Made by a program: the position numbers and the translations under genes | The notes under the pieces: generated by a model | Told to the model about the DNA's origin: nothing | The model's database searches: none | Seen by the model: only the letters and a program-made list of their open reading frames with translations | In this document: one piece after another, positions 49,816 through 58,160 of the stretch | Numbering within the stretch: position 1 is the stretch's first letter | How the letters are laid out: every line of letters begins with the position of its first letter | Source: Gemmatimonadota bacterium | Lineage (GTDB): Bacteria > Latescibacterota > UBA2968 > UBA8231 | Assembly: GCA_038153405.1 (NCBI GenBank) | Contig: JAYOYH010000005.1 | Coordinates: forward strand, 64,001 to 128,000 | Length of the DNA stretch: 64,000 nucleotides | Direction of reading: 5' to 3'

Positions 49816-51663
49816 TCACTCCTGTATGACGCGCAGAAATTGATTAATGGACACATCTCCTAGCGCTTGGCGCTGGCCGTCTGGCCAGGTAATTATCAAC
49901 TCGTCTACGGATGTGCAGGTTCCCAAGCCAAAGTGCAAGCGCGGGTCGCTCGCCGACAAATAAGAGCCTCCGCCCAACCGCTGCCGCGTCTGTATCTGCT
50001 CCCCACAGCGCAGCCGTACGCGGGCGCCGACGGCATCGCGGTTGTTCCCTACGCCGACCAACTCAACCGAAAGCCAATGGCGCGCAACGCTGTCGTTGCG
50101 ATAGAGAACGGCCGGGCCATTTCCATTGGTGACCAACAAGTCGATATCGCCATCGTTATCGTAATCGCCGGATGCGGCACCGCGCGAAACGTTTTCTATC
50201 GAAAAGGCAGGGCCGCTCTGTGCCGAAGCGTCAATGAATACACCGTCTGCCAAGAGCAAGAGTTGGTTGGTCTGGGCATAGCGCAAATCGGCATCCTGCT
50301 GTGCCACGCGGTCGAGTACGTGTCCGTTGGCAATGAAAACGTCCTGATCTGCATCGTTATCGGCATCAAAAAAGAGGGCGCCAAAACCCAAGGGCAGAAA
50401 TGTGCTCTCGTGCAGTCCGACGATTTCGCTCTGGTCGCTGAACTTCCCATCCCCTTCGTTGCGGTAGAGCGTATTGCTCTCGCGCGAAAAGTTGGTCACG
50501 AGTACATCGATGTCGTCATCGTAGTCATAGTCGGCAGCGGCAATGCCCATACCTGCTTCGGGCTGGCCCTGGCCATTGTAGGCCAACCCCGCTTCTAGGG
50601 CATTTTCGGCAAAGCGTTGACCATCATTTCGATAGAGAAAGTTGCGCATGCCGTCGTTGGCTACAAACAGGTCGATATCGCCATCCAAATCGAGGTCGGT
50701 AGCCACTACGCCCAATCCCTTGCCGTAGACGTTAAAAACACCACTGGAGCGCGATATGTCGGTGAAGGCACCATCGCCCTCGTTGCGATAGAGCACGTCG
50801 GGAGCACCGTTATAGCGACGCGGACTACAATACGTGCGGCGATCACGCGGAACCAACAGCGCGCGACCAGCCGAACTATTCGCGGTCGATACGGCGCTGC
50901 CGCACAGGCGATTGTTGCTCGGACTAGCGTCTAGATAATTTGCTACGTAGAGATCGAGATCGCCGTCGTTATCGGCATCAAAAAATGCAGCGCTGCTGCC
51001 CCAGTGCGGATCGCCTACGCCCGCTCCGGCCGTCTCATCGACAAAAGAACCCTGGCCCCCATTCCGGTAGAGCACATTGACGCCGTAATTGGTCACGTAT
51101 AGATCGGCATGCCCGTCGCCGTTGTAGTCGCCAACGGCCACGCCCATGCCATAGCCCGCATCATCCGCACCGCTGTGCGCGCTCACGTCGACAAAGATCC
51201 CCTGCCGGCTGTGCAACAGGCGGTTGCGCACGACGTCCCCGGCCCGCTCTTGTTGAAGGGCGAATACCGCGCTGTCGACCTGCCCATCAAAGCGCAGCGG
51301 TGCCTGATACTCTTCAGCTACCCAGTGGCCATTCTCGTCGTTAGCCACTTCGTTGGACGGGCGAAAGATCCCCTGCCAAGGCCCCAGATCAAACCCGTCA
51401 ACCAGATAGATATCTAGCCAGCCATCGCCGTCAACGTCGACGAAGGCGGCCCCTGAACCCATTGTTTCAAATAGGAAATAGTCGCCGCGCGCACCGCTAG
51501 TGTGGCGAAAAGCTATACCCGCATCCTGCGTGCCGTCGACAAAGTTAGGGCGCGAAGGATCCGGTCCACCGCAGGCATAGAGACAAGTGAGTGCACTCAA
51601 GACGAGTAAAGGACGATAAATAGCAGGATCTCCAAGCGAGGGCGATACGCATACAATGGGCAC
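49816..51663 (-). CDS. CRTAC1-family lipoprotein (FG-GAP + ASPIC/UnbV)
   Basis: LYAC lipobox-like; DVDGDGWLDI repeats; GGGSYLSASDPRLHFGLG...TWPDG. Confidence 0.9.
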   Translation of the reverse strand: MPIVCVSPSLGDPAIYRPLLVLSALTCLYACGGPDPSRPNFVDGTQDAGIAFRHTSGARGDYFLFETMGSGAAFVDVDGDGWLDIYLVDGFDLGPWQGIFRPSNEVANDENGHWVAEEYQAPLRFDGQVDSAVFALQQERAGDVVRNRLLHSRQGIFVDVSAHSGADDAGYGMGVAVGDYNGDGHADLYVTNYGVNVLYRNGGQGSFVDETAGAGVGDPHWGSSAAFFDADNDGDLDLYVANYLDASPSNNRLCGSAVSTANSSAGRALLVPRDRRTYCSPRRYNGAPDVLYRNEGDGAFTDISRSSGVFNVYGKGLGVVATDLDLDGDIDLFVANDGMRNFLYRNDGQRFAENALEAGLAYNGQGQPEAGMGIAAADYDYDDDIDVLVTNFSRESNTLYRNEGDGKFSDQSEIVGLHESTFLPLGFGALFFDADNDADQDVFIANGHVLDRVAQQDADLRYAQTNQLLLLADGVFIDASAQSGPAFSIENVSRGAASGDYDNDGDIDLLVTNGNGPAVLYRNDSVARHWLSVELVGVGNNRDAVGARVRLRCGEQIQTRQRLGGGSYLSASDPRLHFGLGTCTSVDELIITWPDGQRQALGDVSINQFLRVIQE

Positions 51664-51785
51664 AGTGGACGCAACAGCAATCCATATTTTCGTCCGTTAA
51701 AATAGAGGCACACCCCTTGAGGGCAAGCGCCCCCACCCATAGCAGGGGCTCGAGCCGCGGGCAAACCGAGTGCGCGCAACGCCCA

Positions 51786-54700
51786 CTACATAATGGTGAT
51801 CGGATTACCCGACCCGTCAAAGGCGTAATCGATTACCAACCAAAAACCACCGGCTACCGCCTCACCCAAGATCAGACCGAGGAAAAAGGGCTTGAGCCGC
51901 TCGTAGAGCAGCGCGCCGCCCAGACGGGTTATAACCAGCTTAGATAGCCAAGCGACAAAGACGGAGAACCACACCTGGCCCGTGAGCCAGCCAATGCTAA
52001 TGACAAATCCCAGCGGATGCAGTGGCCACCAATAAAAGCGGTGATGGCCCCACATCAGCATGCCTTCTATTAGACCACCAATGCCGGTAAAGAGCCAACC
52101 GCGCCACACCGGCCCCTGCGGTTCGACAATAACCCGCGCCATATCGGCAAAGGTGCGCTGAGCCTGATGACGCATAAAGAACGAGTGCAGGTTGATGCCG
52201 CCGTGCGTATAGCACATATCGAGGATAATCCAGGTAGCGCCGACTAGCGAAACGACAATGGCCAAGACCATGCCCCAAAACAGGCGTCCCTTAGGCCCTT
52301 TTACCGAATCGGCCAACTTCAGGCTGTTGGCGCAGGCGATCATCGGGAACAGGCGCATCTCCGACTGCCATATATAGGTAAAAGTCATCGCCACCAATCC
52401 CTTGGCTCCGACGATCGACGAACCGATGCCGGAAAATACGACAAAGGCGGCAATCATCGGCGAGCGCGCCGTCGGCACCCCGGCAGCGGCGACCACGCGG
52501 GTGACAAAGACGTAGAACAGCAGGCTCGTGGCCAGAAACGCCGGTAGCACGATAAGAGGTATGCCGGAAGCCCAAAGCCAGTAGGCAACAAAGGCCAAGC
52601 TGCCCAAAAAGCCGAATACGGCCGTGCGATACGACAGCAGTTCATCGCTATCGTCCAAATCGCCCTGACCGCTCCATGCCTTGCGCCAGACCGCGGCCAA
52701 ATGGTGGCGACCAATCCACAGCGAGTAGAGGACGAATACGAGGCAGGCGCCCATCGACTGGTGCGTCAGATCGGCCGTTTGCGAAAAGGAATAGAGACTG
52801 AGCTGCTCGGTTGAAGCGATGCCCAAGCCCTTAAAAACGCTCTCTTGCACTTTGCCCAACACGTAAAACACCCAGATGCTGAGCGAAATATCGAGATTGA
52901 CCAAATAGAAAAATCCAATCCAGGCGAAACCGTAGTCTAGCGGCAGATGGATATTCGCGCCAAAGAGCTGCAGGCCGGGCAGCGACATATTCCAATCGGG
53001 CCAAGCGGGCCAATAGTGGTGCATACCCGATAGACCGGGCAGCAAAAAAGCCACGGCGAAGCCCACCCAAAGGGCGCGCTGGCGAAAAAAGGGCAACACC
53101 CACTGAAACGGCCCTTCGCTCCCTTCGATCATGCGCAGCGGCAGCTCGACCATGGGATAGGCCAGCCGTTCATTTTGCGCCCATTGCCGGTGCAAAATCG
53201 ACGACATGCAGATCATCAAAAAGCTGAGCGCAACAAAGAATGCATACCACGCGCCCAGCGGCTCCAGCCACGCTTCCCAAGGTATTTGTCCACCAGCGGA
53301 TCCCTCGTGTAATTGGCGAATGGCCTCCATATCGCTGGGCGCCAGCCAGCGCTCGACGTGGGGGAAAAATAGCTCTGCCCACTTGTTTTCCGGCGTCGCG
53401 TAATAGTACAGTCCGCTGATGACGGGAATCAGATAGCCGACAAAAGCCTGCGTGGGCACCGCCACGGCCATTAGCAACATCGAATAGACCAATACGAGGT
53501 CGGCCCGCTTCAGGGCCAGCGTGCGCCGCAGCCCCCCTAAGAGCGCGTTGCCAAAGAAGATAAAGAGGAAAAATAGGAATATGGCTGCCGGTGAAGAGCT
53601 GTTGCGGGCCATAAACGACCCCTTGAGCAGCATGACGCCATAGGGGGCACCCATCCCGATGGCTAGGGCACCTGCCGTGCCGACAGCCAACCCCTTCCAA
53701 GTAAACGGCGAGCGTCCCTCTGCAGGTGCTTCTTCGACGACCAAGGTCGGTGTATGATCCGCCGACTCGACGACGTCTACTGGCGCGCTTAGCAATTCCT
53801 CGGTCTGCTGGCGATGCTCGAGGCGCACATCGTCTTCTAGCGCGTGCCAGATCAGTAGCTGTTTGCGCAGCGCATTGAGAAAGCGCCCGTTGAGCCGCTG
53901 CCAGTAAAAGCGCTCGCCGCTGAGCCGCTGCAGCGATACGTCAATAGCATACATGCGCTTGGCATCGGTCTCGACAAATTCCAGCCTAACCTCTTGGCTC
54001 ACCCCCAAGTCAAACGGAGCTAACCATAGGTCAAAGGCCACGCACAGGCGGCCATTCACCTCGTTTACACGCACTCGATCAGCGTGCATATGGCCAACCG
54101 CCCCAGCGCTAAACGAGCGAAAATAGCTGTAGAGAAATCCACTGACGCCCCTTACCTCGGATGCACCGACCATAAAGGGAAAGCGAAAGCTCCAGCAATC
54201 GTCGGTCGGCGGCTCGGGCTCCCAGCGCCGAATGACGTCGGGCACGGCGGCGCGTGCGGCCAAGCGCGCCGGATACATCGTCGATAGAAGCACGACCAAC
54301 ATAACGGCCAGCGCCGAGGAAATGGCCGCCGTAGAAGAGTAGTTCAGCGTCAGGCCACCTAGCATATCGGCCGCCAGCAGCACGCGGCCAACGCCCTGTC
54401 CCATCAGGTAACCCAGCGCCGCACCGAGCACGGCGTACACGCAGGCCTCGGCAATAAAGAGCAGCGAAATGTGTACGGGTGCGAGACCGACCGAAGAATA
54501 AATACCAATTTCGCGGAAGCGTTCATAGACAGCCCCCATCATGGCATTGAGCACGATGAGCGCCGCGATCATGGCAGGTATAATAAGCGCCCCCATGCCC
54601 TGGACGGACGTAATGCCAAAAGAAGAGTATGCAACGGTCTCCAGTCGGCCATCGCCGCTTTTCTTACCGACAAAGAGCGCCGTTTCAATGCGCAGCAGAA

Positions 54701-57700
54701 AATCTTCTACCAGCTGCTGCGCATTGACGCGCCCATCAAAGCGCAGCGCCAGCGAGCGCAGACGGCCGCCCGCATCGCGCAGCACACCACTCGACGCGAT
54801 CAGAACGCGCGATGCGTCGAGGTGCACAAAGGGCTTGATATCTTCTATATCATCGCTTTCTTCAACGCGCACTTCCCGCGCGGCGTTATAGCTTTGAAAA
54901 GCCGACATCTGAAAGTCAGCCGGCGTGAGCGGCTCGCCGTCCAAGTCGCGCAGCGCGTTGAATTTTTCGGCATCGACCAAGCCTATTACGCGCAGAGAGC
55001 GACCAAAGACGGATACCTGAGCAGTGCCCACATCTTCTATACCAAGTCCCAGTTCAGCGGCCATCTCTGCGGATAGGATACACGCCTTCTCGTCGGGGCT
55101 AGTAAAGAACCGCCCCGCTAGCAGAACGCCACCGAAACCGGTGACCTCCGTCTCGTTGGGACCAAGTCCCAGCAAGCCCAGCGCGCGGGCCCGGCGCGCC
55201 CCGGCATCGACGACGATATAACTCTTGTCCTCTCCGCTATCGGGCGTATACCACAGGCGAGGGGTCAGCGTGCTGCCGCGAGCAAAATGAGAGCGCGCGT
55301 ATTCGGCTAACGGCTCCCCCAACTCGTCCCAGCCGCGCGTGCGCAGCAGCACGCCCTCGTAAGCGGCCGGCCGATCCAAATTGAGCGCGACAAAGCGAAT
55401 GCCGCTATCGAAAGTGGCAAATGAGAGCAGCGTGAAGGTGAGGAGGACCAGCGTGGTCAGCGTCAGTCCCGTGCGCAGTCGCCGCCGCCGCATATTGGAG
55501 ATGCCAAGCATAAAGGCGCTGTAGGCCGCGCTCAGCCGGCTGATATCGCGATCGTGTACCTTGGCCATTCGGCGTCGGTTCTCGTCGACGTAGCGGAGAA
55601 AGCGTCCGATAAGCATACAGAGCACGAACGTCGCCAGCGCCATAATGGCGAACGCCAGCAAGACGACGAGTGGGTGAGCAATTTCAAACGCCGGATGCAC
55701 GCTGGAAATGGCCATCCAAACGAGTAATAACAGCGCAAAGAAACCCACTAGCTGACGGCGTATATCCGAAGCGGCAAAGAGCAGCCGTTCGCCAAAGAAC
55801 GCGGCAGGCACGACCAGCACGAGAAAGAATACCATGCCCTTTATCACATCGTTGAGCACGCCGAGCACTTCCGGATAGGCGCGCGCCTCGATGCCCAGCG
55901 CCTCGCGCGACAGCGCCACGTAGCGCTCCCAGTCGAGTTTGTCGCGCGCGCGCTCGGCCCCGTCTATCAGCGCGGCGACGCGCTCGTGTAGGCGATCTAT
56001 CCGCGCGTTTTCAATGGCGTGACTGCGCATCGAACGCATGCGTGCTTCGTCTAAATTCCACATGTCGCGCGCCGCCTGCAGCGCAGTAAAACCCAGGGGA
56101 TCATCGCCGACGAGGAAGCCGCGACCGCGCGCTTCTTCTTCGCTGCGATACCCATCGCTATTGAGCAAGAGTTGGCGTTGATCGACATCGCCAACCAGCA
56201 GCTTCAAGCGATCTTCTTCCTGCATACTGGTCGCGCCGAACAGCACGCCAAAAACCTGCTGAGCGCGCTGGCCGATTGAATAGCCGTACTGCCGCGGTTC
56301 GACGCCGCGGCCGTCGAGCACCTTAACGGCATTCACTGCGCGCAGCGAACGCGGTTCGATCAAGCCGTAGAGGGGACGGCCCAGCGCGGGAAAGAGCACG
56401 ACGGTCTGGTCGTGCGTCTCCCAGCGCACGCCGACCGGTATCAACCCCTTACCCGTCGCCTTACCCGTAAACTTCTGGGCCCGTTCGCTCAGATCGGGCG
56501 CGTAGGAGATAGCTCCTTCTCCATCAAAGGCATAGGCCGCCATCAGATAGCTACCTATGGGCAACGCCTGAGCTAAGGCGACGCCGTTTTCATCCCCCAA
56601 CAAATAGCGCATTGAGCGCACGCCCTTCACATCGCCTTGCTGCACCCCACCCAGCGTCACCAAGCCGCTGATAGGGCGATCAGGCACCTGCGAACGACGC
56701 GGAAACGCCCTCATCTTAAAGCGCACATCGCGCAGATTGTCTTTGAGCCGACTGCGCAGCGCAGCGGCTTCGAGCAATAGGCTATCGTCTCGAGCGGCCT
56801 GTATCACGAGCGCGCCAATTAAATCGCTCTGCCGTTGGGCATGTTCATACTGTACGCGCTCGGGCACATCGAGCGGCGAATCGGCGCCCTGACGCCCGTC
56901 GAAAATAGTCGCCAACGTCAGCGCAATGTGGCCCGCCTCCATCACGCGCTGCCCCTCGGTATTCAGACCGCCAGGCACGTAAGAGGACCAGTCCATACCG
57001 CGAATGGGACTGATGCCGTTGGCTAGCGCCTCGCGCCCCGAAACGACCGCTGTGCCCGCCTGCTCGGCATAGCGCACAAAACGCCGACCAAAGGGCGCAA
57101 AGAAGCGCTTGAAAGCGAAGTCGCTGGCATTGTCCCAAATGCCCAACTCACCGCTCTGCGATGAAAGATCAAGGCCAATAAAAAGATCGATATCGAGCGC
57201 GTCGCGCTGCTGAGCGCGGTAGTGTGGATGGCGGCGCATATAGCGCTGAAGAAACGCACCGATGCCCTGGCGATCTTGAAAATGGGCCCCGCTGGCCAAT
57301 ACAATTACCGAGCGCGGCACCTCTTCTCGCCCTAGGCGATCGGCCAGTTCGAGTAGAGCGCCGATGCCTACCGCCGCTTCAGCGCCCGGTGCACGCGCCG
57401 GCACGAGCGAGTTGGCGTCGTAATAGGAGGAAACGAGTAGCGTCTCTTCACGCCGCTGGGCATCGCTGCCGGGAAAGCGCGCCCAAATATTCCACGCGGT
57501 CTTGCGCTGCCACTCCATGCGGCTAAACAGCTCGACCGAAACTTCGCCATCGGCGGCTCTGCGCCGCAGCGCATCGCCTTCGTGCGGATCGACCCAAAAG
57601 CGCGGCACGTCCAGCGGCACGTCAGCTACTTTTTCTTCTATTTCGCGTAGGGAAGTTGACGTTGGAGCAATAAACACGACGGCGCGCGCGCCCAGCAACG

Positions 57701-58154
57701 CGGCGTTGAGCCAGTTCGCTCCGCTGGTAAAGTCGAGTAAGACGACGCGCCCTTCTACCGGGCGGCCATTAAAGTCGCGCCATTCACCCCGCCCGGCATA
57801 TATCATCGGCGCGCGCAGGCCTGCACTAGGCAAGGTCGGCGTGCGCGCGCCGTTGGGCCACAGACCCCACAAGCGCACCGGCGCCTCGCCTCGAACGGCG
57901 ATCGAAGCACCGAGATCTAAGGGAACGACGACGGAAAACGAATCGCGCTGCACCTCGGCCGCGCCGCTGGCGCGCAAACGCGCTTCGACATAGTCAGCCG
58001 CTTCCCCATAGCCCGGATAGCCGACCACGCGCGACTCGACGGCGGCCAACCTTTCGACAACTGCGCGGATGGGCTCTTCTGCATCGACTAGCGCAAAGAA
58101 CGACAGGAGCAGGGCACATGTAATGCGTATGCTATGCACGGGGTTCTTCGGCAA
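51786..58154 (-). CDS. 2122-aa fusion: degenerate M28 peptidase/PA-like ectodomain + FtsX/MacB-like permease + DUF6785/6784-like membrane domain
   Basis: Signal peptide; 'SRVVGYPG', 'PMIYAGRG', 'WNIWARFPG...LLVSSYYD'; FtsX-type 'VYERFREIGIYSSVGL' and 'YPARLAA'; last ~640 aa carry YYYATPENKW, ERLAYP and WWPLHPLG. Confidence 0.8.
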   Translation of the reverse strand: MPKNPVHSIRITCALLLSFFALVDAEEPIRAVVERLAAVESRVVGYPGYGEAADYVEARLRASGAAEVQRDSFSVVVPLDLGASIAVRGEAPVRLWGLWPNGARTPTLPSAGLRAPMIYAGRGEWRDFNGRPVEGRVVLLDFTSGANWLNAALLGARAVVFIAPTSTSLREIEEKVADVPLDVPRFWVDPHEGDALRRRAADGEVSVELFSRMEWQRKTAWNIWARFPGSDAQRREETLLVSSYYDANSLVPARAPGAEAAVGIGALLELADRLGREEVPRSVIVLASGAHFQDRQGIGAFLQRYMRRHPHYRAQQRDALDIDLFIGLDLSSQSGELGIWDNASDFAFKRFFAPFGRRFVRYAEQAGTAVVSGREALANGISPIRGMDWSSYVPGGLNTEGQRVMEAGHIALTLATIFDGRQGADSPLDVPERVQYEHAQRQSDLIGALVIQAARDDSLLLEAAALRSRLKDNLRDVRFKMRAFPRRSQVPDRPISGLVTLGGVQQGDVKGVRSMRYLLGDENGVALAQALPIGSYLMAAYAFDGEGAISYAPDLSERAQKFTGKATGKGLIPVGVRWETHDQTVVLFPALGRPLYGLIEPRSLRAVNAVKVLDGRGVEPRQYGYSIGQRAQQVFGVLFGATSMQEEDRLKLLVGDVDQRQLLLNSDGYRSEEEARGRGFLVGDDPLGFTALQAARDMWNLDEARMRSMRSHAIENARIDRLHERVAALIDGAERARDKLDWERYVALSREALGIEARAYPEVLGVLNDVIKGMVFFLVLVVPAAFFGERLLFAASDIRRQLVGFFALLLLVWMAISSVHPAFEIAHPLVVLLAFAIMALATFVLCMLIGRFLRYVDENRRRMAKVHDRDISRLSAAYSAFMLGISNMRRRRLRTGLTLTTLVLLTFTLLSFATFDSGIRFVALNLDRPAAYEGVLLRTRGWDELGEPLAEYARSHFARGSTLTPRLWYTPDSGEDKSYIVVDAGARRARALGLLGLGPNETEVTGFGGVLLAGRFFTSPDEKACILSAEMAAELGLGIEDVGTAQVSVFGRSLRVIGLVDAEKFNALRDLDGEPLTPADFQMSAFQSYNAAREVRVEESDDIEDIKPFVHLDASRVLIASSGVLRDAGGRLRSLALRFDGRVNAQQLVEDFLLRIETALFVGKKSGDGRLETVAYSSFGITSVQGMGALIIPAMIAALIVLNAMMGAVYERFREIGIYSSVGLAPVHISLLFIAEACVYAVLGAALGYLMGQGVGRVLLAADMLGGLTLNYSSTAAISSALAVMLVVLLSTMYPARLAARAAVPDVIRRWEPEPPTDDCWSFRFPFMVGASEVRGVSGFLYSYFRSFSAGAVGHMHADRVRVNEVNGRLCVAFDLWLAPFDLGVSQEVRLEFVETDAKRMYAIDVSLQRLSGERFYWQRLNGRFLNALRKQLLIWHALEDDVRLEHRQQTEELLSAPVDVVESADHTPTLVVEEAPAEGRSPFTWKGLAVGTAGALAIGMGAPYGVMLLKGSFMARNSSSPAAIFLFFLFIFFGNALLGGLRRTLALKRADLVLVYSMLLMAVAVPTQAFVGYLIPVISGLYYYATPENKWAELFFPHVERWLAPSDMEAIRQLHEGSAGGQIPWEAWLEPLGAWYAFFVALSFLMICMSSILHRQWAQNERLAYPMVELPLRMIEGSEGPFQWVLPFFRQRALWVGFAVAFLLPGLSGMHHYWPAWPDWNMSLPGLQLFGANIHLPLDYGFAWIGFFYLVNLDISLSIWVFYVLGKVQESVFKGLGIASTEQLSLYSFSQTADLTHQSMGACLVFVLYSLWIGRHHLAAVWRKAWSGQGDLDDSDELLSYRTAVFGFLGSLAFVAYWLWASGIPLIVLPAFLATSLLFYVFVTRVVAAAGVPTARSPMIAAFVVFSGIGSSIVGAKGLVAMTFTYIWQSEMRLFPMIACANSLKLADSVKGPKGRLFWGMVLAIVVSLVGATWIILDMCYTHGGINLHSFFMRHQAQRTFADMARVIVEPQGPVWRGWLFTGIGGLIEGMLMWGHHRFYWWPLHPLGFVISIGWLTGQVWFSVFVAWLSKLVITRLGGALLYERLKPFFLGLILGEAVAGGFWLVIDYAFDGSGNPITIM

Positions 58155-58160
58155 GAGCTA

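Noticed and set aside
42536..51663. Enediyne biosynthetic cluster suggested by UnbV domains
   Set aside because: No polyketide synthase or thioesterase is present; ASPIC/UnbV proteins are widespread outside such clusters.
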